A stretch of 64,000 bases of DNA from Candidatus Competibacter sp. (GTDB lineage Bacteria; Pseudomonadota; Gammaproteobacteria; Competibacterales; Competibacteraceae): assembly GCA_037045535.1 (NCBI GenBank), contig JBAOHI010000071.1, positions 212,214-276,213 on the forward strand, written 5' to 3'. The position numbers and the translations under genes are program-made. Positions within the stretch are counted from its first letter, which is position 1; each line of letters begins with the position of its first letter. Below are positions 21,099 through 31,889 of the stretch, piece by piece. The notes under the pieces are model-generated. The model had not been told where the DNA came from. It searched no databases and was given only the letters and a program-made list of their open reading frames with translations.

Positions 21099-23810
21099 TC
21101 ACTCTTCCATGACCACCCGAAACCCGGTCATCGTGTCGCGATAGTCGGGTTTTCGGGACAGACGTTTGGCCGAGCGCAAGTCACCGGGGCCGTTGTTCCA
21201 GGAACCGCCCCGGACCACCCGCAAGCCCTCGTTGGCAGTCCTGTCCGAACAGCCCTGTTCCTGGCCGCTGTAGTTGCGATCGTATTCCGAACAGGTCCAT
21301 TCCCAGACATTGCCAGCCATATCCGACAGTCCAAATCGGTTCGATAGGTAACTGCCGACCGGCGCGGTAACCGCTTGGCCATCGTTCAGACTCTGGACGG
21401 ACGCGCCGGACGGATCATTGCGATCGGAGAAATTGGCATAGCGCGGGTCGATGTCGTTGCCCCAATAGTAGCGGGTGGTGGTGGTGGCGCGGGCGGCATA
21501 TTCCCATTCGGCCTCGGTAGGTAACCGAAAACGTTTGCCGGTGCCCGCTTCCCATGACAGCCACTCGGTAAAGGCTTTTGCGTTGTTCCATGTCACGTTG
21601 ATGACAGGTTGGGTATCGCGGTTCAGGGGGCGCCCTTGAAAGGATCCGCTGTCGTGATCGGATTTGAAGCGCCGATATTGGCTGTTGCTGATTTCCGTGG
21701 TGCCGATCCAGAAACCTTTGACGCAAATCTGATGGAGGGATTCATCGCTGCCACGATCCTGTTCAGTGGGCGGACTACCCATGTTCGCGCAGCCTCCATC
21801 GATCCAGATTAACTTGATGCCCGTCTTTTCTTCGGTCCAGGATTTAGCATTGATACCTTGCTCTTGAGCCGCGCGAAATTCTGACCGGAGGAGTTCCAGG
21901 GCCGGGTGGTTGGGATAGGCTTCCGCCATTCGTTCCAGATTCAGTTCGGCGGCGATCAGGTTTTTGTTGGCGAGGTTACTCCGGAATTTTTGAGTCCGAT
22001 CGGCGATATCCGCTGCCTGACGCTGGGCCTCCTCTCGAGCGTGCTGCTCGATATCTTCCTGCTCCTGCTGCTTTGCGGTCTCCAGCCGGCGCTGTGCTTC
22101 TTGGGCAGTCCTGGTGTATTCGTAGTAACTGAGGAGCGCAATGCCTGACAGGGCCGAGACCACGCTCGCGACGATCATCACCCACTTCCAGTTGATCGGC
22201 CGACGGTGGCCGTACACGATAGCGTCAAGTTCGGGCACCGCTTGAGCTTCGGTTTGTAGCGGCGGCCTTTCGCGGTTGGATTCTTCGAAACGGTTGATCA
22301 GCTTGGAGGCGGGTAGGGGTGTCTCCGGTCGGGCCAATTCGGTTCGAATAATCGGGCTGGACTTGCTCGAGGAAACTGGTTTCGACGGCTCCACCACAAG
22401 ACGAGATGGACGATCGGGCGAAAGATCACCGAGTTGGGATCGTGGCTGGCTGAGCGGGTGTTCTTCAAGGGGGGGCGGTGCTGGTTGCGAGGCCGGTCGA
22501 TCCAGCTGGTCCCAGACATCTTCCAGCATGGAGAGAGATGCTTCGTGTCCCTCGGATGCGAAACGTTCGGGCGCGGGCGCGGGCGCGGCGGCGGGGGCTG
22601 GGTTTTGGGTGTCGAAATCGGCAAGCGTCCATCCGGAGAGCTTTTCGCTGGGCGCGGAAACGCGCTCGGCCACCCGGTTTGAGGGCTGGGAGGGCGTAGC
22701 GGGGGATAGGGCGACCTCCTCGAAGCGCCAGTGCGACTGGCGCTCCATTCGGCCGACGTCACTCCATGGGTCGTTGGCTCCCGATACTTCTGGGGGTTTG
22801 GGGGGTTGGGATGGGAGATCGAGACGGAGATCCTCTCGCAACGAATTCAGGTTCAGCAGCTCTGACGGTGGTTGCGAAGCCTGGGGGAAATCGACGGGGT
22901 CACTTGACCGGCCCGCGATCCGCAAAGCTTCCCGCATGGCGGCGATGGTCTGGAAGCGATCCTCGGGACGGACAGCCAGAGCTTGGTCGACCACTCGCAG
23001 CAGCCCGTGGGAATACAGGCCGGCGCCACATTCGACAGCGGGCAGTACCGGGTCTTTGAGCACCCGGCCCGGCGCCTCGATGGGGGGGGCTCCGGTGATG
23101 CAGCGATACAGTACGGCACCGAGCGCGTAGATGTCAGTCCAGGGGCCGTAATCCTCGCCGACCGTGACGTATTGCTCAATGGGTGAATAACCCGGTGTGA
23201 CCACACTCGTCACGCTGCGGGTGCGTTGTCCCAGAGCTTGGCGGGCGGCGCCGAAATCGATCAGCATGACGCGGGCGTCGGCCGAACGAATGTAGAGGTT
23301 GCTGGGTTTGAGGTCACGGTGCAGGTAGCCTTGCCCATGCACGGCTTCCAGTGCCGGCATCACGTCGTCCAAGAGATGGTGCAGTTCGTGTTCGGGGAGA
23401 ATGCCGCCCCGCTGTAGCAGGGTGCTCAGCGACTCGCCTCCTTCATACTCCATGACGATGTAGGCAGAACCGTTGGCCGCGAAGTAATCGCGCACCCGCA
23501 CAACGCCGGGGTGGTTGATCTGCACCAAAACCTTGGCCTCATGCAGAAACCGTTGCAGGCCCCACTCGTAACAGGCCGGTTCGCCGCTGCGGGCCGGGAT
23601 CTGCCCTTGGGCATTGGGGCGAACGGTGGTGCCGTCGCGATCGCGATAGGCCCACTCGGCGGGGAAATACTCTTTGATGGCGACCTGATTTTGCAACGCT
23701 TCGTGGATTGCCCGATAGGTGATGCCAAAACCGCCTGCCCCCAAGACGCTTTCAACGAGGTAACGGTGTAGGCTAAAGCCCATGGGCAGCGCGTTGGTGT
23801 CTTCGGTCAT
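21099..23810 (-). CDS. Ser/Thr protein kinase with Pro-rich linker, TM helix and C-terminal FGE-sulfatase (SUMF1) domain
   Basis: LGAGGFG, VAIKEY, HRDLKPSN, DFG; TM WVMIVASVVSALSGIALL; RLPTEAEWEYAAR, GNVWEW, RGGSW. Confidence 0.92.
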   Translation of the reverse strand: MTEDTNALPMGFSLHRYLVESVLGAGGFGITYRAIHEALQNQVAIKEYFPAEWAYRDRDGTTVRPNAQGQIPARSGEPACYEWGLQRFLHEAKVLVQINHPGVVRVRDYFAANGSAYIVMEYEGGESLSTLLQRGGILPEHELHHLLDDVMPALEAVHGQGYLHRDLKPSNLYIRSADARVMLIDFGAARQALGQRTRSVTSVVTPGYSPIEQYVTVGEDYGPWTDIYALGAVLYRCITGAPPIEAPGRVLKDPVLPAVECGAGLYSHGLLRVVDQALAVRPEDRFQTIAAMREALRIAGRSSDPVDFPQASQPPSELLNLNSLREDLRLDLPSQPPKPPEVSGANDPWSDVGRMERQSHWRFEEVALSPATPSQPSNRVAERVSAPSEKLSGWTLADFDTQNPAPAAAPAPAPERFASEGHEASLSMLEDVWDQLDRPASQPAPPPLEEHPLSQPRSQLGDLSPDRPSRLVVEPSKPVSSSKSSPIIRTELARPETPLPASKLINRFEESNRERPPLQTEAQAVPELDAIVYGHRRPINWKWVMIVASVVSALSGIALLSYYEYTRTAQEAQRRLETAKQQEQEDIEQHAREEAQRQAADIADRTQKFRSNLANKNLIAAELNLERMAEAYPNHPALELLRSEFRAAQEQGINAKSWTEEKTGIKLIWIDGGCANMGSPPTEQDRGSDESLHQICVKGFWIGTTEISNSQYRRFKSDHDSGSFQGRPLNRDTQPVINVTWNNAKAFTEWLSWEAGTGKRFRLPTEAEWEYAARATTTTRYYWGNDIDPRYANFSDRNDPSGASVQSLNDGQAVTAPVGSYLSNRFGLSDMAGNVWEWTCSEYDRNYSGQEQGCSDRTANEGLRVVRGGSWNNGPGDLRSAKRLSRKPDYRDTMTGFRVVMEE

Positions 23811-23876
23811 CGGGCTTCCCTGTTTCGGTTTATTAAGCGCGGGTGCGAAAGTAGGGCGAAGTGGATCAACGGGGTA

Positions 23877-24701
23877 CTAGCGGCGACCACGGTCGAACAG
23901 CGATGCGAGTCCGGTCGAAATTCGCTGTAGCCAACGCGGTGCGGTGCCGGCCTCGGTCTCTCTGCGAAGCAGGATTAAGGTAGCGTTATCGGCGGTGGTG
24001 CCGCCGCGCTGGACAGCCTGTTCGGCCAGGGAGTGGGCAGCGTCAACGGGGCCGTTGGCGAGCGTGGCGCTCCACAGTTCGGGCTCGGCCACATACTCCC
24101 AGACGCCGTCCGAGCATAGGGCCAGCAAGTCACCGGATTGGATCGTGAAATGCCCGATATCGGGCTTGGGATCATCTTCTCCCCCCAAGCAGCGGTAAAG
24201 GCGGTTTTGGGCTGGATGGTTCGCCATCTGGGATTCGTCGATCTCTCCCAGATCCATCAGCAATTGCACGGCTGAATGATCGCGAGTGCGCATCAGACGC
24301 CGACCACGTCGGAAATGGTACAACCGGCTATCACCGATATTCAGCCAATGCGCCTGACTGCCGTTGAGCCAGACCATGACCACGGTGCTGCGGGCTGTTT
24401 CCGATTGGTTGTTGATAGCATCGTGCATTCGCCGGCACAGTTGATTAAGGGCCGCCAACGGCTCGGCGCGTAGCGAATTGGCCGACTGTTGGGTGAAATG
24501 GCGCGCGGTGTCGACGACGATTTGAGCACCGATGGCGCCGTCGAGGTGGCCACCCATCCCGTCGGCTACGATTGCTAGCAAGCCTTTCTGGTCGGGAGGT
24601 TGAAATATACCCCATCGATCCTGCTGTTCGTGGCGTCCCCCTTGCTGGCTGGCAGCTCCTCGATTCCATTTGGGAGGGGTGACCGGGTTGGAGAAGGTCA
24701 C
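23877..24701 (-). CDS. PP2C-family Ser/Thr phosphatase
   Basis: VADGMGGH, NIGDSRLY, TRDHS, LCSDG, DNAT. Confidence 0.92.
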   Translation of the reverse strand: MTFSNPVTPPKWNRGAASQQGGRHEQQDRWGIFQPPDQKGLLAIVADGMGGHLDGAIGAQIVVDTARHFTQQSANSLRAEPLAALNQLCRRMHDAINNQSETARSTVVMVWLNGSQAHWLNIGDSRLYHFRRGRRLMRTRDHSAVQLLMDLGEIDESQMANHPAQNRLYRCLGGEDDPKPDIGHFTIQSGDLLALCSDGVWEYVAEPELWSATLANGPVDAAHSLAEQAVQRGGTTADNATLILLRRETEAGTAPRWLQRISTGLASLFDRGRR

Positions 24702-25052
24702 ATTGGTATCTCCAGCGGTTGGACAAACGTGGGGCCGGTGCCGGCCGGCGGGGGATCGGATATCGCAAGGAGCACCAGGAGCGAGCGAGTCCCGACCGTC
24801 TCAAGCAGAGCCGGTTTAGCAAGGTGGTGAGTGTCGCAGGCACATCGTCCGGGCATTCTGGACTCCTCGCCAATAGGTTGACAATAGGTAATGGGGCTAT
24901 CGGACGTCGCCCGCCATTCGATTGACGCGAAACGGGACAAATGCGTTCGATCCTTGCGATATAGCAATTATGTTGCCAGCAGTAGGGGGAGGCAATCCGC
25001 CGAGCCGTCGTTTTGGCCAGCCAATCGCTGCTAAAGCCACTTGGCGTTGAGA

Positions 25053-25520
25053 TTACAACAGCTTGAGGACTTCCTCCCCGTGATTGGCACAGTTTGGTGT
25101 ATCAATGATGTGGGCGATGTGACCGCTCTCATCGATAATGAAGGTGATCCGGTTGGCCACTCCGAACAAGCTCTTTGCCAGCCCCGTCAAGCTGCTACCG
25201 CTGCCGATAGCACCGTAAGCTTGAGCCACGGCGGCGTCGGTGTCGGCTATCAAGGGGAAGTTGATATTGTATTTTTCGGTAAAGTCTTGATGTGACTTTA
25301 CATCCTGGGTAGAGACGCCGAGTATGGCGGCTCCTTTGTCGCGGATTTCCGCACTGTGGTCGCGTAGGGAGCAGGCTTGTTTAGTACAACCGGGTGTATC
25401 GTCCATGGGATAAAAGTAGAGTATCAGCTTGGTGCCGAAATAGTCAGACAGTTTGATTGGACTGCCGTCGGTGGCGGTAGCGGTGAACATCGGAGCAGGA
25501 TCGCCAATTTTTAATTTCAT
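25053..25520 (-). CDS. bcp: Peroxiredoxin (Bcp/PrxQ)
   Basis: YFYPMDDTPGCTKQACSLRD, R.TFIID. Confidence 0.88.
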   Translation of the reverse strand: MKLKIGDPAPMFTATATDGSPIKLSDYFGTKLILYFYPMDDTPGCTKQACSLRDHSAEIRDKGAAILGVSTQDVKSHQDFTEKYNINFPLIADTDAAVAQAYGAIGSGSSLTGLAKSLFGVANRITFIIDESGHIAHIIDTPNCANHGEEVLKLL

Positions 25521-26230
25521 TGTCGTACTCTCGCGGATAATTACGGGTTGGTTTCGGGTCGTTTTACAAAAAGTGTAGGCTAAACTCGCTGCCGGTTCCG
25601 GCGTACGGATATGTCTGAACCGGTTTAATCACTTGGGAGGTGATCGCGCGAATTCCTACGTCGAGATTTGACCAGACGGTTGTAAAAAGCTCCCGAAATC
25701 GGTCTCGCCGCGGGCGTTGGGCAGGATAGGATTCGACGATACTACCAATAATAAGAGCTTATCCCATTGAGCCTGGTAGCCCACCACGTAATGATATAGC
25801 AGAGCCAGATGCGGCAGGACGAGAGGTATCGGCACGCTTCTCCAGCGGGCCAAAATCCGGGTCAATATGGCCGAGTCGATGCGGCGGATTTTGATGAGCC
25901 GCGTGTTGTCGGGACAGCACCCTGAGAATCCCGAAAAATCATGACCTGGCTAGAGGCGGTGGGGTGCAGCTGAAATAGAGCCCCTACTCCTTTCGAGTAG
26001 GGCGGCAAGCGTGCCGATCGGCGCCAGCAGGACTGGGAACGACGCCATCGCTTGGGCGGTTCCGGTACCGTTATGGGTCTGCCGCCTTCGTCGCAACCGG
26101 ACGGCTAGTTATGGCGATGAGAAACCAAACGCCCCACTAGTCGAACCGCCCGCTCGTCTCGCCAGATCGGTTGCGGGGTCGTGGAGTCGGGGCTGCTTGG
26201 CCATGCCTGATGAAAGGCTGCCGGTTCTCA

Positions 26231-26860
26231 TTAGCTCAGGTATTCGAGGCTGAGCTGCTGAAGCAGGCTTCGCGCTTCTCCCTTCAGAAAAGGCACGACC
26301 AGCGATAACACCTGATAAGCACCAAGTGCTAGGTTGGCGCTATCACCACCGGCAGTAGTGCTGGCACGGATGCCTTGAAAATTCAACCAATAGGTCGCAA
26401 CCACCGCGATATTTTGGGCCAGTGCCGCGATTTCCTTCGGGCTGGCCTCCATGACGCCGGCGTCGGTCAGACCCTTGCAGATGGCGGCGGCTGTGTTGAC
26501 CTTGCGTTCCAGAATGCGACGGAAGTGGGTCCGCAATTTTTTGTTACGATTCAATATATTGTCGAGATCGCGATAAAGGAAGCGATATTCCCAAATGTTT
26601 TCGAACACCAGGTGCAGGTAGAGCCACATATCCTCTAGGTCTGGTACCCGGCGTTCCGGCACTTGCAGAGCCGCTTCCATCCGCTGCTCGAACTGCTGGA
26701 ACAGCAGCGAGATGATCTGGTCCTTATTGCGGAAGTGGTAGTAGAGATTGCCGGGGCTGATGTCCAGCTCATCGGCGATATGGTTAGTGGTAACGCGAGG
26801 TTCGCCGCATTCGTTGAAAAGTTGCAAGCTGGTTTGCAGGATGCGGTCACGGGTTTTCAT
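26231..26860 (-). CDS. TetR-family regulator (PhaD-like)
   Basis: MKTRDRIL...LFN..GEP.VTT..IADELDISPGNLYYHF HTH; divergent from fadD. Confidence 0.88.
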   Translation of the reverse strand: MKTRDRILQTSLQLFNECGEPRVTTNHIADELDISPGNLYYHFRNKDQIISLLFQQFEQRMEAALQVPERRVPDLEDMWLYLHLVFENIWEYRFLYRDLDNILNRNKKLRTHFRRILERKVNTAAAICKGLTDAGVMEASPKEIAALAQNIAVVATYWLNFQGIRASTTAGGDSANLALGAYQVLSLVVPFLKGEARSLLQQLSLEYLS

Positions 26861-26982
26861 GGGGCCAGCGCCGGTTCGGATGAAAGGCAGGAATCAATGC
26901 CATTTTCATTTTGACCGAGCATGGTCTATTTTCCAACAGATCGTCCCGATGATCAGAACCGGAACGCGAGCAATCTATTGAG

Positions 26983-28656
26983 GTGAGTGGCGTGGAAAAA
27001 ATCTGGCTGAAGGAATATCCGCCGGGTGTGCCGGCCGAAATCGATCTGAATGAGTTTACCTCGGTAAAGGATATTCTGGAGAAAAGCTGCCAGCGCTTTG
27101 CCGATTCGCCAGCCTATTCCAACATGGGCGTTACCTTGCGCTATCGCGATATCGACCGGCTCAGCCGCGATTTCGCTGCTTTTTTGCAAGGGCTCGGTTT
27201 AGATAAGAGGGATCGAGTCGCCATCATGATGCCCAACGTGCTGCAATATCCAGTGGCGTTGTTTGGGGTGCTGCGGGCGGGTATGGTGGTGGTCAATGTC
27301 AATCCGCTCTACACGCCGCGTGAGCTGGAGCATCAACTAAACGACTCCGGTGCAGCCGTCATCGTTATCGTCGAAAATTTCGCCCACACCCTGCAACAGG
27401 TGTTGGATAAGACGATGGTGAAAACCGTGGTGATGACGCAACTGGGCGATCTGTTCCCATTTCCCAAGCGTACCTTGGTCAATTTTGTGGTCAAGTATCT
27501 CAAAAAGCGGGTGCCTGCTTGGAAAATCCCCGCCGCTGTCCCGTTCCGGCGAGCGCTACGGGCGGGCGCTGGTCAGACCTTGACCGATGTGCCGCTGAAC
27601 CGTAACGATCTCGCGTTCCTACAGTACACCGGTGGTACCACTGGCGTCTCCAAGGGCGCCATGCTGACCCATGGTAACCTAGTGGCGAACTTGCAGCAGG
27701 CCTCGGCTTGGTTGAGCTCAGTGTCCATACCGGGCAAGGAAATTATCGTGACCGCTTTGCCGCTGTATCACATTTTTTCGTTGACTGTTAATGGCTTGAC
27801 CTTCATGAAGGCGGGCGGCCACAATGTTTTAATCACCAACCCTCGCGATATGCCTGGCTTCGTCAAGGAACTGGGTAAAATCCGTTTCACCGCTATCACT
27901 GGTGTGAATACTTTGTTCAATGGATTGTTGGGCACGCCGGGTTTCGACCGGCTGGATTTCGGCGCCCTAAAACTGAGTATGGCCGGTGGCATGGCGGTAC
28001 AACGGGCGGTGGCGGAAAACTGGCGGCAGGTGACCGGTACCCCGCTGATCGAAGGTTATGGCCTGACCGAGACCTCGCCGCTGGTTACCGGCAACCCGCT
28101 GGCCGTCAAGGAATATAACGGCAGTATTGGCCTGCCGCTGCCCTCGACCGAGCTGTCGATCCGCGACGACGAAGATCGGGAATTGGGTATCGGTCAGGAT
28201 CAGGCTGGGGAGATCTGTATTCGTGGTCCGCAGGTCATGCGTGGCTATTGGAACCGCCCCGAGGAGACTGCCAAGATCATGACCCGCGACGGGTTTCTGC
28301 GGACCGGCGATGTGGGTTACGTGGACGAGCGCGGCTATGTCCGGATCGTGGACCGCAAGAAGGACATGATTCTAGTGTCCGGTTTCAACGTCTACCCCAA
28401 CGAGATTGAGGACGTGGTCGCCTTGCATCCGGGGGTGCTGGAAGTGGCCGCTGTCGGTGTGCCGGATGAAAGATCGGGCGAGGTGGTGAAGATCGTGGTA
28501 GTGCGCAAGGATCCCGCCCTGTCCGCCGAGGCGTTGATCGACCATTGCCGCCAGCATTTGACCGGCTACAAAGTGCCTCGCCGGATCGAGTTTCGCACGG
28601 AACTGCCAAAGAGCAACGTTGGCAAAATTCTGCGTCGACTATTACGCGATGGCTAG
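26983..28656 (+). CDS. fadD: Long-chain fatty acid-CoA ligase
   Basis: [61 protein letters not shown]. Confidence 0.93.
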   Translation: MSGVEKIWLKEYPPGVPAEIDLNEFTSVKDILEKSCQRFADSPAYSNMGVTLRYRDIDRLSRDFAAFLQGLGLDKRDRVAIMMPNVLQYPVALFGVLRAGMVVVNVNPLYTPRELEHQLNDSGAAVIVIVENFAHTLQQVLDKTMVKTVVMTQLGDLFPFPKRTLVNFVVKYLKKRVPAWKIPAAVPFRRALRAGAGQTLTDVPLNRNDLAFLQYTGGTTGVSKGAMLTHGNLVANLQQASAWLSSVSIPGKEIIVTALPLYHIFSLTVNGLTFMKAGGHNVLITNPRDMPGFVKELGKIRFTAITGVNTLFNGLLGTPGFDRLDFGALKLSMAGGMAVQRAVAENWRQVTGTPLIEGYGLTETSPLVTGNPLAVKEYNGSIGLPLPSTELSIRDDEDRELGIGQDQAGEICIRGPQVMRGYWNRPEETAKIMTRDGFLRTGDVGYVDERGYVRIVDRKKDMILVSGFNVYPNEIEDVVALHPGVLEVAAVGVPDERSGEVVKIVVVRKDPALSAEALIDHCRQHLTGYKVPRRIEFRTELPKSNVGKILRRLLRDG

Positions 28657-28704
28657 GCAGCCTTCCCTGGCCTTTTGGAACGAAGTTGGGCGCGGGAGGT
28701 TCGC

Positions 28705-29526
28705 TTAGGCCATAGCGGCTTGCGACTGGCCCTCGACCACGCGTTCGGTCCAAGCCAGCAGATAATCCGCCACGTCGCGCCAGTTTGATTCCAGCATCAT
28801 GGCGTGTGCCATGTTGGGAAAGATTTCGCATTCCGCCCGGTAAAAACGCGCGGTTTCCCGGACCAGCGCCGGCGAAACGAAAACATCGTTCTGCGCGCCT
28901 AGCACCAGCAGCGGCGCTCGCACCTGATCCGGTTTCAGCCGCAACGGGTTCAGGCCCATCATATCCAGCGAGACCACCTGCGACTCGGCCTGCACATAGT
29001 CGAAGAATGCGTGCAGCTTCGCGGTCGATACGTCCGGAGAGAACAGCAGGCGCCGCATCATGTCGGTGGAGCCGTAACTGGGGCCAAGCAGCAAAAACAG
29101 CACCATTTGCTGGAATAGGAACGGATGGCGCATCGCCATGTGTAAATTGGAAGGCAGCAGACCCTGTGGCGGTACTGAAGCCATCAGCACGACGCCCGCG
29201 ATCGTCGGGAGCGTTTCCAGATATTTCTGAACCACCATGCCGCCCATCGAATGGCCGATCAATACGGGCGGCTGCGGCATGGCCGCGACGGCTTTCTCTA
29301 GATCGGCAACGTAGTCGGCCAGTCGCCAGGTGTGCAAGTATTGGTGACCTTCGCTCTGACCGTGGCCCCGCAGGCTGAACGCGTGCGCTTCATAGCCATT
29401 CCGCGCGAAGAAGGGCAGAAAGTATTCATCCCAGATGCGGGCGTCAGAGAACGAGCCGTGCAGGAACAACAGCGGGGGCGATTTGGGCGTTGTTTCCGGA
29501 TAGCGGCTGACCATATCCAAGTGCAT
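28705..29526 (-). CDS. Alpha/beta hydrolase
   Basis: LFLHG, GHSMGG nucleophile elbow, D and H (MAHAMML) triad. Confidence 0.88.
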   Translation of the reverse strand: MHLDMVSRYPETTPKSPPLLFLHGSFSDARIWDEYFLPFFARNGYEAHAFSLRGHGQSEGHQYLHTWRLADYVADLEKAVAAMPQPPVLIGHSMGGMVVQKYLETLPTIAGVVLMASVPPQGLLPSNLHMAMRHPFLFQQMVLFLLLGPSYGSTDMMRRLLFSPDVSTAKLHAFFDYVQAESQVVSLDMMGLNPLRLKPDQVRAPLLVLGAQNDVFVSPALVRETARFYRAECEIFPNMAHAMMLESNWRDVADYLLAWTERVVEGQSQAAMA

Positions 29527-29676
29527 GGTAGGGTTTCCTGTCGGATGGTTGAACGGTCGAAGGAAAATACGATAGACGTTTACTTCGGTGAACGCTTGAT
29601 GCCGATGGTTGTCCTGCGGTGCGTCGAGTCGATTTCGGTGTCGTCCGGCACCGTGCCTGGTGTTCCTGACCTCGGA

Positions 29677-30015
29677 TCACGACCACATGGGATAGCGCGC
29701 GTGCAGGTACCGTTGCTCGGCGAGCAGGATGGAAAAGGGGATTTCCTTGGTGAGTTGCAACGCGACATGATCGTTTTGGATGCGCACCACCACCCCCTCG
29801 ATTTTGATCTGCGTCCCGCGACGGAAGCGGAGGAGGCCAACGATGGGATCCTGTAGTTGGGGAAGTGGTTGTCCAGGCGCCGCACAGCGCAAGCCCCACG
29901 CCGAGACATCGATGACGGTAAGCGACTTCCCTTCATGCAAAAAGGTTGGCCGCTCCGAAATCGGAAATCGGATGCGGTGAAATTGGCGTAATTCTTGATT
30001 CAGTGGCGGAATCAT
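29677..30015 (-). CDS. PilZ-domain protein (c-di-GMP motifs)
   Basis: RQFHR (RxxxR) and DVSAWG (DxSxxG); paralogue of the adjacent ORF. Confidence 0.75.
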   Translation of the reverse strand: MIPPLNQELRQFHRIRFPISERPTFLHEGKSLTVIDVSAWGLRCAAPGQPLPQLQDPIVGLLRFRRGTQIKIEGVVVRIQNDHVALQLTKEIPFSILLAEQRYLHARYPMWS

Positions 30016-30041
30016 CGGTAAATCGTTACTGACGAGGGAAG

Positions 30042-30389
30042 CTATCTTGCCCACATCCGATAGTGGTTAAGCAGATAGCGTTCCTCACCGCGCAGGATCG
30101 TGAAAGGGATCTCGCTATCGGGCATGTGGAGTGCGATTTCGCCGTTTTGGATGCGGATGACCAAACCCCGGATCGGTGCCTTGGCGTTGCGCCGGAAGTG
30201 CAGCCATCCCTCGACCAGTTCGCCAAGCAACGGTGTTGGTTGCTGGGTAATAACGAAGCGCAAGCCACGCGCCGAGCAGTCCAAGACCTGGTATTTCTGC
30301 CGGCCGACAACTAAACAGGGCCGTTCCGGGGGCGGGAATTTGAGTCGGTAAAATTCACGTTTTTCGGATTCTGCCAATGGCGCGGTCAT
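30042..30389 (-). CDS. PilZ-domain protein (c-di-GMP motifs)
   Basis: REFYR and DCSARG motifs; start MTAPLAESE at 30389. Confidence 0.75.
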   Translation of the reverse strand: MTAPLAESEKREFYRLKFPPPERPCLVVGRQKYQVLDCSARGLRFVITQQPTPLLGELVEGWLHFRRNAKAPIRGLVIRIQNGEIALHMPDSEIPFTILRGEERYLLNHYRMWAR

Positions 30390-30409
30390 GGAAGGGCGAT
30401 CCTGAGCGA

Positions 30410-31801
30410 TTAGCGGTGGAAAGATAGGCCTGAATCTGATGAGTCTAGCGCAGAAATGGCTTTGATTTCGCAGAGTAAGCGACCTTCGCTCAACAGGGCT
30501 TCCACGGACTCCCCGACGACCGCTTCGCGCGCTCGCAAGATCGCGCCGTCGGCAGGCCGCCGCAAGATCGCAAAGCCGCGATCTAGAGTGGCGAGGGGAC
30601 TCAGTGCGTGTAAACTGCCGCTCAAAATTTTTATCTGTTGGGACGCCGCGTGCAAGCGGTGACAGGTCGCGGTGCGCAGGCGCTCGGCGAGCGCTTGAAT
30701 GTGGCGACGTTCCTCGCGCAGGTGGATAGCGGGCGTTCGGGCGCGCAAGCGCCCCTCCAATCCAACCAGTCGGAGCCATTTTTGGTCGATCCGATGGCGC
30801 GATGCCTGTTGCAACCGCTGCTCTAGTTCGTCCAATCGCTGGTTATGATCTTGCAATCGGCGGCGTGGCTGCGAGCGGCTGAGGTGTTCCCGCAGTCGGT
30901 CGATCTCTGGTCTCCGCCGATTCAAGGCTTGTCGCATGGCCCGTTGCAGTCGCTCGTCCAGGGATCGAACGTTGCCCAGCCATTCCAGTCGGTCGGGGCT
31001 GGCCAGCTCCGCCGCCGCTGTGGGTGTCGCGGCGCGCAGGTCGGCGGCGAAGTCGGCAATAGTAACGTCGGTCTCGTGCCCAATGCCCGTCACCACCGGG
31101 ATCGAGCACTCGACGATAGCGCGTGCCACGATTTCCTCGTTGAAGGCCCATAAGTCTTCCAGCGAGCCGCCGCCGCGTACCAGGAGCAACACCTCGCAAT
31201 CCCGGCGCTGGGATGCCCGTTGGATCGCTTGGGCGATGCGTGCTGCCGCTCCCTCTCCTTGTACCGGCACCGGATGAATCAGCACCGGCAGGCCAGGACA
31301 GCGACGGCGCAGGGTGGCCAGTACATCGCGGAGCGCGGCGCCGGTGGGCGACGTGATGACCCCGATTTGGCGAGGGAAGCGGGGTAGGGGATACTTGCGT
31401 TCCGGTGCGAACCAGCCTGCCCGCTCCAGGCGTAGCCGCAACTCGTCGTAAGCCCGTTGTAGCGCGCCGTGGCCGGCTTCCTCGACATAATCGACGATGA
31501 TTTGATAGTCGCCACGCGGTTCGTACAAGCTGACCCGGCCTCGCAACAGCACTTGTTGGCCATTGCGGGGACAGTCGCGGAACAGGAAGGCGCGGTTTTG
31601 AAAGAGCGCGCAGCGGATTTGAGCGTGGGCGTCCTTGAGTGAGAAATAGAGGTGCCCGGAGGAGGGGCGAGATAAATTGGATACTTCGCCTTCGACCCAA
31701 AGCATGGGAAGTTCGGCTTCCAGCAAAGTACGAACCGTTTGGTTAAGGCCAGAAACGGTATGGATGCAACCGGTGTCGCGCGGGGCGTTAGTCAGAATCA
31801 T
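30410..31801 (-). CDS. xseA: Exodeoxyribonuclease VII large subunit
   Basis: WVEGEVSN...SGHLYFSLKD, RGGGSLEDLWAFN, GIGHETD, LSPL.TL.RG; divergent from guaB. Confidence 0.96.
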   Translation of the reverse strand: MILTNAPRDTGCIHTVSGLNQTVRTLLEAELPMLWVEGEVSNLSRPSSGHLYFSLKDAHAQIRCALFQNRAFLFRDCPRNGQQVLLRGRVSLYEPRGDYQIIVDYVEEAGHGALQRAYDELRLRLERAGWFAPERKYPLPRFPRQIGVITSPTGAALRDVLATLRRRCPGLPVLIHPVPVQGEGAAARIAQAIQRASQRRDCEVLLLVRGGGSLEDLWAFNEEIVARAIVECSIPVVTGIGHETDVTIADFAADLRAATPTAAAELASPDRLEWLGNVRSLDERLQRAMRQALNRRRPEIDRLREHLSRSQPRRRLQDHNQRLDELEQRLQQASRHRIDQKWLRLVGLEGRLRARTPAIHLREERRHIQALAERLRTATCHRLHAASQQIKILSGSLHALSPLATLDRGFAILRRPADGAILRAREAVVGESVEALLSEGRLLCEIKAISALDSSDSGLSFHR

Positions 31802-31889
31802 GGAACTATTTGCGATGCTTTTATCTATCTATTGGCAAAGTTTATACTTACCCGTTTAATCGAAAAGTTGCCTGGAGGCACCGCCCGCC

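Noticed and set aside
21099..21260. FGE-domain C-terminus as a DGR variable region
   Set aside because: No template repeat or reverse transcriptase in the window
25560..26225. Long intergenic stretch with short ORFs and a GGGCGGTTC/GAACCGCCC inverted repeat as an ncRNA or pseudogene
   Set aside because: No recognisable RNA-family or protein motif; would need an Rfam or BLASTX search
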